Below, piece by piece: positions 1-11,188 of a stretch of 64,000 nucleotides of DNA (position 1 is the stretch's first letter; each line of letters begins with the position of its first letter). The DNA is from Octopus sinensis. Lineage: Eukaryota. Under the pieces are notes generated by a model. It was not told the origin of the DNA and ran no database searches. It worked only from the letters and a program-made list of their open reading frames with translations. The position numbers and the translations under genes are program-made. Location: the NCBI RefSeq assembly GCF_006345805.1, contig NC_043011.1, positions 1,736,001-1,800,000 of the forward strand, read 5' to 3'.

Positions 1-382
1 CTTCCTCCAGTTTTTTTCGGACGTAATCTTGTTACAAACATTGACCTTCCCCTATCACACTTCTTTACTTCCTTCCCATGTTTACCTCACAAACTATGCA
101 CAATTCACAACACCTCTTGCTGTCCACACCTCATATCATCTCTTAAATTTGTTCCATTCTGAATTCACTTTCTTGTGATCAACGTCATAAGACCTTGATG
201 TACCTTCCCTCCAGGAGAAGAGCAGGTGCTCGAAAAATTAGATTCTTTTAAAACATGAAAGAAATCAACTCATTGAATTCTTCTACAAACTCTGCTCACT
301 CCTTCTCTTTTGTGTGTGAATGTATGTATGCGTGTATATATATATATATATATATATTCATATATATATATATATATAAAAA

Positions 383-420
383 CTGTCTGATGAACGGCAA
401 CGAGAAACTCAGAGTAACAG
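383..420 (+). ncRNA. Minimal type I hammerhead ribozyme motif in a 75-bp cassette (379-453) embedded in (AT)n
   Basis: CTGT(383-386) CTGATGA(387-393) ACG-GCAA-CGA GAAA(404-407) CTC-A-GAG TA(415-416) ACAG(417-420). Stem I is CTGT/ACAG, stem III is near-palindromic ACTCAGAGT, the cleavage triplet is GUA, and there is an A.A mismatch at the base of stem II. Same family as 32232-32389. Confidence 0.7.
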
Positions 421-452
421 ATTTTGTTGAATTTTCTGCTGCTTAAAATAAA

Positions 453-453
<1 letters not shown>

Positions 454-525
<72 letters not shown>

Positions 526-530
526 TATTC

Positions 531-565
<35 letters not shown>

Positions 566-573
566 ATTCATAT

Positions 574-604
<31 letters not shown>

Positions 605-646
605 TCATATATATATATATATATTCATATATTATATATATATATA

Positions 647-688
<42 letters not shown>

Positions 689-772
689 TATATATATATA
701 TATATTATATATATATATATATATATATTCATATATATATATATGATTGATTGATTGATTGATTGATTGATT

Positions 773-839
<67 letters not shown>

Positions 840-859
840 CATATATATATATATATATA

Positions 860-913
<54 letters not shown>

Positions 914-1092
914 TATATATATATATTCATATATATATATATATATAATATATTATATATATATATATATATATATGTTCAATATATATATATTCATATA
1001 TATATATATTCATATATATATATATTCATATATATATATATTCATATATATATATATATATATATATATTCATATATATATATATATATATA
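454..1092. repeat. (AT)n microsatellite punctuated by TTCA
   Basis: Near-pure ATAT with recurrent ATATTCATAT interruptions; the same signature is present at 335-378. Confidence 0.95.
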
Positions 1093-1123
1093 CGCGAGAA
1101 AGAAGCAACAAGAATGGATAGGT

Positions 1124-1214
1124 TTTTAGTACAATCGTTTCATACAAGGACAGGCTTTATTAAAAGTTGCAAAAATTACAGCATATAAATGTGTCCCGTA
1201 CTCATCAGCTAAAA
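1124..1214 (-). ncRNA. Type I hammerhead ribozyme with extended stem II
   Basis: Minus strand: TTTTAG CTGATGA GTAC-GGGACA...TGTCCT-T-GTAT GAAA CGATTG TA CTAAAA. Perfect 6-bp stem I, stem II about 10 bp, near-palindromic stem III ACGATTGT, GUA cleavage between 1130 and 1129. Confidence 0.8.
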
Positions 1215-1401
1215 TACATGTGAGTTCTCTAGACATCCTAGTGGTTGAGGCTATACTCATGAAGTAATGTAGATAATTAAGTAACATAAACAGATTTCCA
1301 AAGTTCATTAAAGTTCTTTAAAGATGATGTACAGTCTTATCACAGAATTTTAAAAAAGTTTTAATAGCATCACAGAGAAGGTGACCTAATCCATAGTGCA
1401 C

Positions 1402-1652
1402 ATATGAATTTCCAGAGATATGAGGAGGGATTACATACTCACAGACGACAAATTTATCCATTGTTAATCACAACGAGGTGGGTCTCAATTCCTGCTTATT
1501 AGCATTACAGAGAGGGTGAATTAATCCTTTGTATAGATGCACATTTCCAATGGTGTAGATGTAATTTCCAGAGAAATGAAGAGGAATTTCATATTCACAG
1601 GCGATAAATTTATCAATGGTTGAACACAATGAGGTAGGTATCAATTCTTGTT
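1402..1652. repeat. Diverged tandem duplication, period about 157 bp
   Basis: AATTTCCAGAGA...CACAG.CGA.AAATTTATC...CACAA.GAGGT.GGT.TCAATTC occurs at about 1402-1495 and about 1559-1652. Confidence 0.7.
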
Positions 1653-1741
1653 ATATGATTAGGTATTTGCCACATTAATCACATTACTGCTATTTACAAG
1701 AGGCTGTAGCTATTTAACTTTTAAAGGCTGAAGGGCTTTCT

Positions 1742-1933
1742 AGAGAGGCAAAGAACAGAAAAGGGAAGGGAAGAGAGAAGAAGAGAGAAAATAAAGGAGG
1801 AGGGAGCAAAAAGGGGGGGAGGGGGACTAAAAGAGAAGAGAAAAGGAAAAAGAGAATAAGAAGAAGAAAAAGAAAAAGAGAAAAGAGAAGAAATAGGGAA
1901 AGAAGGGAAAAAAAAAGAAAAAGAAAAAAAGAG
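1742..1933 (+). repeat. Polypurine (A/G) low-complexity tract
   Basis: About 190 nt almost entirely A/G, including a GGGGGGGAGGGGGA run. Confidence 0.85.
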
Positions 1934-2218
1934 GGTTCTAGTTATACAGAAGAATTAGTAGACGGCAAGTCTGGTTTTAATTTACAGGCATCTAGGAACT
2001 AGAGGAGAATATTATTCTTTGACCAGTAAAACAGCTAATTTATTGCTGTATGAAACGATTGTACTAAAAACCTATCCATTCTTGTTGCTTCTTTCTCACT
2101 TATAATCACCCCACCTTACTGTATTGTTAAAACAGTATAGTTTTTTTTGGTGCATCTAAGTTAGGTACCATATTCAAGTAAATTCATTTAAATTAACTTG
2201 AATCTTTATTGCTTTTTG

Positions 2219-2230
2219 TATATATATATA

Positions 2231-2264
<34 letters not shown>

Positions 2265-2388
2265 TCATATATAATATATATTCATATATATATATATTCA
2301 TATAATATATATATATATATATATATATTCATATATTATATATATATATATATATATAATATAATATATATTCATAATATATTATATA

Positions 2389-2438
<50 letters not shown>

Positions 2439-2476
2439 TCATATATATATATATATATATATATTATATAGATATA

Positions 2477-2511
<35 letters not shown>

Positions 2512-2604
2512 CATCATATATTATATATATATTCATATATATATATATATATTCATATATATATATATATATTCATATATAATATATATTCATATATATA
2601 TATA
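2219..2604. repeat. (AT)n microsatellite punctuated by TTCA
   Basis: Same interrupted pattern as 454-1092. Confidence 0.95.
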
Positions 2605-2688
2605 TACTCTTTTACTCTTTTACTCTTTTACTTGTTTCAGCCATCCGGCTGAGGCCATGCTGGGGCACTGCCCTTGTTGCTACCTTCT

Positions 2689-4404
2689 CTAAGTCCAGTT
2701 TGCCGTGGCTGGCCACTGATCTAAGAGAGAGTTTGTAGCTGCTGCCCTTAGGTTACCTTCGTACCTTGCAGTGGGTTCATCTGGGATCCCGGAAAGCAGC
2801 TTGTCTAGATGTTTTTTGAAAATGTCCACATCCACATCATGTAGATCTCTTAGTTTTCTTGGCAGTTTGTTGAACAGCTGAGGGCCCCTGAACCCCAGGC
2901 TATTACAGTATCTGTTCCTTACCCTGGATGTGGAAGACGGGACCTTTGGCACCACACAGTGACGTCCTGTACGGGGATTGGAACAGCTCTCAATTCCAAA
3001 ATTTGGTGCTAGTCCCTCCAGGATTTTCCATATGTATATCACTGCATATCTCTCTCGTCTTCGTTCCAAGGAGTACAAATTGAGTTCCCTAAGCCTCTCC
3101 CAATAGTTCTTTTCTTTCATGGTGGAAATCCTCTTGGTGAAATGTCTTTGGATTGTCTCAAGCTCTGTGGTTAGTTTGACACTATGCGGTGACCACAGTT
3201 GGGAGCAGTAGTCCAGGCGGCTTAGGACAAATGTCCTCCATAGTGTCAACATGGTCTCGCAGTCTCTTGTCCGGAATGTCCTCAGGATCCAGCCAGTGAG
3301 TCGTCTGCACATTGTCGCCACCTTCGCGATGTGTGAAGAAAAAGATGCATCGTCACTCACGTCTATCCCCAGGTCCCGTATTGATTTCGATACTGGGATT
3401 TCGATCCCTCCTGGACCAGTATAGTTGTGTTGTAATGTATATGTGTTTACAGCTTGATATTGTAAGGCTTGAAATTTACCAGCATTAAATTGCATGTTGT
3501 TGTCTTCAGCCCATTTGTATATGGCATCCAGATCTTGTTGTAAAAGGTCAGCATCAGCTGGGTTTTTGATTGCCTGTGCTACCTTTGTGTCATCAGCATA
3601 GCTAGTGAGGGATGTTGTTTGTGCTACCAAGGGCATGTCAGAGAGCGCCACCAAAAACAGCAAGGGTCCCAAGACTGTGCCCTGTGGCACCCCGCTTGCT
3701 ATTGGTGTCTTTCCCGAGAGGGCTCCATTGGCTGCAACCATCTGGCTTCTGTCCTTCAGGAAGTCATGTATCCACTCACCTACTTTTCCTGTTATGCCGA
3801 GTCTGAGTAATTTGTGACATATCACTCCGTGGTCGACTTTGTCAAAGGCCTTCGCAAAGTCGAGATATACCACATCCACCTGTGAGCGATCCAGTAGTTG
3901 TTTCAGTACCCAGTCGTAGTGTTGTAACAGCTGCGTAAGGCAGCTTCTTCCTGGGCGAAAGCCATGCTGTGTGTCAGTGAGACGGTTAGTTTCTTCGAGG
4001 AACGTGATCAGTTTTCTTCTGATGATTCGTTCCATGACCTTCCTTATGTGTGACGTCAGGGAGACTGGCCTGTAGTTTTTGGCCTCTGCTCTACTCCCTC
4101 CTTTGTGGATAGGGCATATGGTGCCTTCTTTTAGCGCCCTGGGCAGTTTACCGTTAGCCAAGGAACCACTGAAGAGCTTCTTCAGTGGTCCCGCTAGGGC
4201 ATGCCTGCATGTTTTTAGGAGGACTGCTGGGAATCCATCTGGTCCAGCAGCTGAGTTTATTCTCATTCTTCTATGGCAGATATTACATCCCTCTCTGTTA
4301 TGTCTATGTGGTCGATGGTTGTTGTTGGTTTTGGAGTGTTGTGGCATCAAAGAAAACTTCTGGGTTTGTGATTTGCATGTGCCCCAGAGGGGATGTGAAC
4401 ACAC
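2689..4404 (-). CDS. LINE ORF2 reverse transcriptase domain and C-terminus; the first ~45 codons of this ORF are out of frame with the true protein
   Basis: 571-aa open frame with RT subdomains and a YADD catalytic motif; LINE homology begins near [18 protein letters not shown]. Confidence 0.88.
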   Translation of the reverse strand: MCSHPLWGTCKSQTQKFSLMPQHSKTNNNHRPHRHNREGCNICHRRMRINSAAGPDGFPAVLLKTCRHALAGPLKKLFSGSLANGKLPRALKEGTICPIHKGGSRAEAKNYRPVSLTSHIRKVMERIIRRKLITFLEETNRLTDTQHGFRPGRSCLTQLLQHYDWVLKQLLDRSQVDVVYLDFAKAFDKVDHGVICHKLLRLGITGKVGEWIHDFLKDRSQMVAANGALSGKTPIASGVPQGTVLGPLLFLVALSDMPLVAQTTSLTSYADDTKVAQAIKNPADADLLQQDLDAIYKWAEDNNMQFNAGKFQALQYQAVNTYTLQHNYTGPGGIEIPVSKSIRDLGIDVSDDASFSSHIAKVATMCRRLTGWILRTFRTRDCETMLTLWRTFVLSRLDYCSQLWSPHSVKLTTELETIQRHFTKRISTMKEKNYWERLRELNLYSLERRRERYAVIYIWKILEGLAPNFGIESCSNPRTGRHCVVPKVPSSTSRVRNRYCNSLGFRGPQLFNKLPRKLRDLHDVDVDIFKKHLDKLLSGIPDEPTARYEGNLRAAATNSLLDQWPATANWT

Positions 4405-4645
4405 TTTTATACTGTTCCTTTAGTATTTCACTTATCCTTTGGGGGTCCTCAGTTAGAGAGCCCTTTTTATCAAAGAGTGGGCCAATCTTGCAGTGTACCG
4501 AGGTGGTTTCTTTCGCAAATTTAAAGAAGGCTTTAGGGTTTGTTTTAATATTCTCTATGGCCCTGGCTTCTCTCTCTACCCTCTCCTTCTCATAGGAAAG
4601 TTTGAGTGCAGTTTCCGTTTCAAAAAGTTTCAGGTGGAGTCCCTC
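4304..4645 (-). pseudogene. Upstream ORF2 linker of the same LINE, frameshifted relative to the RT frame
   Basis: IENIKTNPKAFFKFAK...KIGPL...[21 protein letters not shown] is the typical CR1 EN-RT linker; it ends at the (AT)n tract. Confidence 0.8.
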
Positions 4646-5061
4646 ATATGTATTCATATATATATATATATATATTCATATATATATATATATTCATATA
4701 TATATATTATATATATAATATATATTCATATATATATATATATATAATATTCATATATATATATATATATATATTCATATATATATATATATATTCATAT
4801 ATATATATATATATATATATGTTCATATATATGTTTATATATATATTCATATATATATATATATATTCATATATATATATATATATATATATATTCATAT
4901 ATATATATATATATTCATATATATATATATATATATATATATTCATATATATATATATATATATATATATGTTCATTTATATATATATATATATATATTC
5001 ATATATATATATATATTATATATATATATATATATGTTCATATATATGTTTATATATATTA

Positions 5062-5103
<42 letters not shown>

Positions 5104-5455
5104 TATATATATATATATTCATATATATATATATTCATATATATATATATTCATATATATATATATATCATATATATATATATTCATATATATATATATA
5201 TTCATATATATATATATTCATATATATATATATTCATATATATATATATATATTCATATATATATATTCATATATATATATATATATTCATATGTATATA
5301 TATTCATATATATATATATATTCTATATATATATATATATTCATATATATATATATTCATATATATATATTATTCATATATATTCATATATATACATATA
5401 TATATACATATATATATTCATATATATTCATATAAATATATATATATATATACAT

Positions 5456-5539
<84 letters not shown>

Positions 5540-5552
5540 CATATATACATAC
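4646..5552. repeat. (AT)n microsatellite punctuated by TTCA, grading into (AC)n
   Basis: About 900 bp with the same interrupted pattern as 454-1092 and 2219-2604. Confidence 0.95.
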
Positions 5553-6084
5553 GTATCAGATGGAAATGAAAGGTAAAAGAGGAAGAACCCTATTGCCTCC
5601 TTGTTTAAACCGTGGAGAAATGTTAAATAAAAGAGATTAATTTTCTTTTTATATTTCTCTTTTAATGTTCCACTGAGTAAACAATGTCTAGACTAACACA
5701 GTATGATTCATTGATATCTTCTTAAGAATCATTAAAATATAGAGGATAAAAAAATTTCAGTGATTGTTGCAAGAACTTCAGTAGCGAAATGTCTTTGATT
5801 TTAATGTTTTTCATCAGTTATGTATTAACATTTCACTTCAAATATATCATAGTATTGAATTTATTTAACAGTTGTTGAAATTAAATTTACACTATAATTT
5901 TTTACTTTTAATCATCTGACTATTATTCAAAAAAACATTGTGTTTTTTTTTATTGACTTTAATTTTTATAGGATTTCCAAAACATCATTATCTCTACTCT
6001 TAACTTATTCAAGGACCGACTTAATTTCTTCTGTTTGTACGCTGACCACTTTTTCTTCCCCCTTCTGCTTCAGTTGTTGCTATT

Positions 6085-6270
6085 TCATCATCGTTGTCAT
6101 CACCACCACCACAACCACCACCACCAACACCAACACCACCAACATCACAACCACCAACACAACTACCACCATCACAATCACCACCATCACAACCACCACC
6201 ACCAACACCACCGCCAAAACCACCACCATCACAACCACCACTACCACTCATTATCATCATCATCATCATT
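6085..6270. repeat. Degenerate (CAC/CAA/CAT)n trinucleotide tract
   Basis: Direct inspection; explains the poly-T/H/P/G ORFs at 5940-6315. Confidence 0.9.
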
Positions 6271-6950
6271 TTCTACTCCTCTAAACTTGTAGAATGTATT
6301 TCATCTCATTTTTAAAGTGCAGTTGCTTCACTCACTGTATCACTCCTATAGAGATATTGTACTCACCCTCCTCTGCTATGTCTCTTTTCCACTCCTCTTG
6401 CAATAAATATTTTTCTCTGTGATTTTCTCCTCAGACAACATTCTCCTCCTCTGCAATTCGCCACCACCCACTACTTCTGCCTGTAATTTTTTCAAAATGA
6501 AATGCTATTTCATTTCAAAACTTCCACTATAACATGAACTATATATGTAGTTATTTGTGTTGTACTGCCACTGTAGGCTTATAAAGGATAAGATGATAAG
6601 TGTTTCTCATTAAGTTAACTCATTAAAAGTACAAAAACACAAAACCTATTTGAAACAACTACTTCAATAGAATGTAATGCAAGTTGAAGTAAATATTTTG
6701 ATTTTCCAGTAAAATTTAAAAGCTTTACAAATTTTCTATTTTACAATCATAAACATAAAACATGTGTGCATACATACACACTAGACATTAAAAGCATCTA
6801 AAGATAAGGTTAATAGTCTAGAAAATTAGAATCTCAGTTCATCTCAAGCATTTAGCCATTTTATTAAAAATACCAAGTCAAGACAAAGAAAGAACAACAG
6901 ATGTACTTGTTCAACTTGATACTTACAATGTCTACAGTATATATATATAT

Positions 6951-7113
6951 ACACTCTCGGAGTGGTTGGCGTTAGGAAGGGCATCCAGCTGTAGAAACAC
7001 TGCCAGATCTGACTGGCCTGGTGCAGCCTTCGGGCTTGCCAGACCCCAGTTGAACCGTCCAACCCATGCTAGCATGGAAAGTGGACGTTAAACGATGATG
7101 ATGATGATGATGA
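6951..7113 (+). mobile_element. SINE-like family B (ends in (GAT)n), 3' part
   Basis: GAGTGGTTGGCGTTAGGAAGGGCATCCAGCTGTAGAAAC...CATGCTAGCATGGAAAGTGGACGTTAAACGATGATG; several other copies in the window. Confidence 0.85.
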
Positions 7114-7344
7114 TATATATATATATATATATATACATATATATATACATATATATATACATATATATATATATATAAACAGTACTTGGAGAAGAAGAAC
7201 GAAACGAACAAATCGAATCGAATCGACGCGAGGGCGCTCAGTCATACAATAGCGTAATAAATAAAATGTATGCATACATACATACATATATGTACGTACC
7301 TACATCTACATGTATATATACATGCATATATAAATATATATACG

Positions 7345-7560
7345 TGAGTACAGGACACCACAAGTAGACGTAGAACTCAATGAGAAACGAAAACGGAAAA
7401 ACAAGCGTGGAACAGACCATTTTTTTACAAGGAAAAACAGAGTACAAGACAAGCTACACAAGGAAAAATCCCCTTCATCAGCTGTCCCTAGTTCAACTCC
7501 AGCGTGTTTCGAAGGTAGGACAGAACACGACTCGTCGAACTAGCCCTTCCTGCGAAGAAA
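7345..7560 (-). mobile_element. About 215-bp CpG-rich cassette between AT-rich microsatellites, probable Penelope-type terminal repeat
   Basis: Contains all hammerhead core segments and is bounded by (AT)-rich repeats on both sides, like the other HHR cassettes. Confidence 0.45.
7470..7543 (-). ncRNA. Candidate non-circularly permuted (jumbled) hammerhead ribozyme
   Basis: Minus strand: CTAGTTCGAC-GAGT-CGTGT-T|CTGTCC-TA-CCTTC-GAAA-CACG-CTGGA-GTTGAACTAG-GGACAG-CTGATGA-AGGGG. Stem III is CGTGT/ACACG plus a 10-bp extension, stem I is CTGTCC/GGACAG, stem II is CCTTC with AGGGG. Segment order is UH, GAAA, CUGAUGA. Confidence 0.55.
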
Positions 7561-7789
7561 TATACATATATATATAGATATATATATGTATGTGTGTGTG
7601 TGTGTGTATTGGATTAAAAGGGATTTAGAAACATGAGGGTTCCCCCAGCCAGCTCTCCTATGAATACTGCTAAAAGAATGCCCTAAGTGGACAGTTTTCC
7701 ATTCAAACTGAAATTCCAAGGAAAATCTGTTAAGTCCAAGAATGGAGTAAATAATATAAATGTAATATTATGACTGCCATTCTTCAACT

Positions 7790-8032
7790 TACCATGTGTG
7801 TGTGTGTGTACACATGCGTGTGTGTGTTTGTACTTTCATTTGTCCACCACCACTGCTTGATAACAAGTGTTGGTGTGTTTACACCTTCATAACTTAGCAG
7901 TTTGGCAAATAAGTGCCAGACTTAAAAGTAAAAAAAGTTTTGAGGTCATTTTATTTGAATAAGATTCTTCAAGGCAGTGCTCCAGTATGGTCACAGTCTA
8001 ATGACTGAAACAAGTAATAAAAAAGATAAAAG
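7790..8032 (+). mobile_element. SINE family A, old 3' half
   Basis: Diverged match to the family A body and the tail GGCAGTGCTCCAGTATGGTCACAGTCTAATGACTGAAACAAG. Confidence 0.7.
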
Positions 8033-8034
8033 CT

Positions 8035-8236
<202 letters not shown>

Positions 8237-8379
8237 TCTACATATGGCTGCCCTTCTTGTCACCAAATCTCACCTGTTTCTGAAGATGATTATATTTCTC
8301 CTTGGCCAGACATGTTTTCACTGGATGACCCTGCTTATATAACAATGACACTCACTTAAAACCAGCATGCAATGCCAAG

Positions 8380-8615
8380 ACAAGGGGACATAAACACAGA
8401 TACACACACACACTTACACATTCACACTTATATACAGATAAACATGCATACACATGCACATATGTCTATGACAGACTCCATTTAGTTTCCATCTATGAAA
8501 TCCACTCACAATATTTTGATTATTCTGGGACTATCGCAAAAGACAGTTTACTCAAGGTGCCACACTGGGGGCTGAACCTGGAACTATGTAGATGGGAAAT
8601 AAACTTAGCCATACA
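8380..8615 (-). mobile_element. SINE family A, old 5' half
   Basis: Diverged match to the family A core and head (AAATCCACTCACAA...CTCAAGGTGCCACACTGGGGGCTGAACC). Confidence 0.6.
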
Positions 8616-8652
8616 TCCATGCAAGTGTATATATATATATACATATATATAT

Positions 8653-8954
8653 ATCACCGTGATCTACCAGGTTATCAGATGTTGTTACACATCGCTGGTC
8701 ACAATGCGCTTTGCATTGTTTTTGCCTTCAAATGACGCCACGCCGCTGGCTAAGTGAGCAGGCCAACAGAAGAAAGAGTGAGAGAATGTTGTGGTGAAAG
8801 AGTACAGCAGGGATCGCCACCACCCCCTGCCGGAGCCTCGTGGGGCTTTAGGTGTTTTCGCTCAATAAACACTCACAACGCCCGGTCTGGGAATTGAAAC
8901 CACGATCCTACAACCGTGAGTCCACTGCTCTAACTACTGGGCCAATTCACCTTC
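8653..8954 (-). mobile_element. tRNA-derived SINE (family E)
   Basis: Minus head GAAGGTGAATTGGCCCAGTAGTTAGAGCAGTGGACTCACGGTTGTAGGATCGTGGTTTCAATTCCC with A- and B-box-like motifs. Confidence 0.7.
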
Positions 8955-8976
8955 ACACACACACACACACACACAC

Positions 8977-9339
<363 letters not shown>

Positions 9340-9413
9340 AATTGACGTAATGTTTGCATTTATTGATTAAACGGAGCCGTAATGCACTAATACCTGGATA
9401 TCCTTGTTACTTA

Positions 9414-9517
9414 TTTGCTGTACTAGGCTTACAATGAATAAGTCCCGGGGTCGATTTGTTCGACTAAAGGTGGTGCTCCAGCATGGCCACAGTCAAATGA
9501 CTGAAATAAATAAAAGA
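9414..9517 (+). mobile_element. SINE family A 3' tail fragment
   Basis: TACTAGGCTTACAA...GGTGCTCCAGCATGGCCACAGTCAAATGACTGAAA. Confidence 0.75.
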
Positions 9518-9619
9518 ATATATATATACATCACCATCATCATCATCATCATTCTCATCATCTCATCCTCATTCTCATCATATCATCATCATCGTTGTCG
9601 TCGTCATCATCATCATCAT

Positions 9620-9830
9620 CATCATTATCACTTTATGTTCCTTTTCCATGCTGGTATTGGTAGGATGATTTGACAAGATTTAATGGATTAGAGAGCCACG
9701 TCTTGCTCTAATGTCTTGCTTTCAGGATGGTTCGTATGGCTGGATGCTTTTCCTAACACCAACCCCTTTACAAAGTGTATTGGATGCATTTTTTCGTGGT
9801 ACCATCACTATAGAGGCTGCATTGCTATTT
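9620..9830 (-). mobile_element. SINE-like family B, old diverged copy
   Basis: (CAT)n followed by TTCCATGCTGGTATTGGGTAGG...GGCTGGATGCTTTTCCTAACACCAACC. Confidence 0.6.
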
Positions 9831-10441
9831 GCAAAGCTAAAGAGCTTTTCTGCCCTGGCCACATTGTAACAGTTGAAATGATTTACCAAATATGTATGTA
9901 TAGAGTGTTAGAAGTGGTGTGCAGATATTGAATATTGAGAAAAGAGGGTCATCAGAATTTTGGAAAAAGATTTTTTTTATTTAGTCCTTATTTTGTTCAT
10001 CTTTGAACTTGTCAAATAAAATTGTGAATGTGCAAACAGTTTTGTTCATTTATATGTCACGTGATTTTTTTGTATTGTTTGTTTAGAAGAGAACATTGTT
10101 TTTTTTTGTTTTTGTTTTTTGGGGTGAGGTTGCAGGAAAGGGAGATAGATAAATAGGTAGATGGATAGGTAGAAAAATAGATAGATAGATAGATAGATTG
10201 ACAGACCGAAGGACAGATAGATAGGTAGAGAAAGGGAAGGGGGAGGCATTTCTTTTCAATTTGGAATGTTTTAACCAATTATTTATTTAATCAGGTTTTA
10301 TGATTGTATAGCTACTGGCATGAGACATGAGTTGGGGAAAATAATGAAAAAGGGTGAGGCATTTTTTTTCTTAAGGTGCCAAAAACGAAGATAAGAAGTT
10401 CTATGAAAAATTAAACATATAGGCATATATATGTGTGTGGT

Positions 10442-10472
<31 letters not shown>

Positions 10473-10741
10473 CTGTGAGTTCATGTGTTTGGAAATATGT
10501 CTATGTCTACACTGTGTAATTTTGATGTTTTGCATTGAAAAATAAAGTCAGTTTTTTTTTAATTTCATAATTTTGCATGAACAAACATTAGTAGAATATT
10601 CACAAATTAGAAAAACAAAACCCACTGCGTATATATATATATATATATAGGGAGAGTTTATGAAAAAAAAACAAAAGACAAAGACAGGTGGTGTACAAAA
10701 CAAACAGCTGTATTAGTATAATGCTCAGGAATAGAAAAAGT

Positions 10742-10777
10742 CTTTTACGTTTCGAGCCTACGCTCTTCTACAGAAAG
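10742..10777 (-). ncRNA. Minimal type I hammerhead-like motif with CUGUAGA core, in a ~175-bp cassette (10650-10826) between (AT)n tracts
   Basis: Minus strand: CTTT CTGTAGA A GAGC-GTAG-GCTC GAAA CGT A AAAG. Stems I, II and palindromic III (ACGT) all pair; core position 6 is U instead of A. Confidence 0.55.
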
Positions 10778-11188
10778 GGACACAGAAAAAACAAGGAGAG
10801 AAAAAATGTGTGTAGTGGCTAACGATATATATATACATATACACACACACACACACAATCATATGGGCTTCTTTTCGTTTGTAACTGATATGCGAGTATG
10901 CATGTGGATGCACTAGGTGCACAACAGATTACCATATTGTAGTTAGTGTCCACATTAAGCTCCTTCTGTTATGTGACTTGGTAGAGGAACATGTATAGTG
11001 CATGCACATTGTATGACTGGACAACATGGAGCAGGATGTTGGTAAATTCATTATTTTTGTATCTATTACAATCATTTTAGTAATAATAACCAAGATCAAT
11101 GAATAACCACCAATTATGAATTACAACAGATAAAATATGGTCCTTGATCAATATGATTGAATGTATTTTATTAGTTGTAATTTATATA

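Larger units (their letters stand above)
1096..2097. mobile_element. Penelope-like element remnant bounded by a 50-bp perfect inverted repeat (1096-1145 / 2048-2097)
   Basis: GAGAAAGAAGCAACAAGAATGGATAGGTTTTTAGTACAATCGTTTCATAC is the exact reverse complement of 2048-2097. The left arm is the 3' part of a hammerhead. The unit lies between two (AT)n tracts. No coding frame recognised. Confidence 0.55.
2605..4645 (-). mobile_element. 5'-truncated CR1-group non-LTR retrotransposon (LINE) with intact 3' tail
   Basis: RT motifs [58 protein letters not shown], and C-terminal [10 protein letters not shown]. The 3' UTR ends CATGGCCT-CAGCC-GGAT-GGCTG-AAACAAG(TAAAAGAG)3. Confidence 0.92.

Noticed and set aside
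188-245. TTGATGT-ACCT...AGGT-GCTC-GAAA resembling a decayed hammerhead near the window start
   Set aside because: The core has two changes and stems I and III cannot be formed; probably a PLE end but not supportable.
763-5640. Long YI/IY-rich ORFs (e.g. 767-1129, 4606-5640) and similar ORFs at 8852-9256 and 61572-62062
   Set aside because: Translations of stop-free (AT)n, (AC)n and (ATGT)n microsatellites; no coding signal.
5940-6315. Poly-Thr/His/Pro/Gly ORFs
   Set aside because: All frames are open because of a (CAC/CAT)n tract; no splice or homology support.
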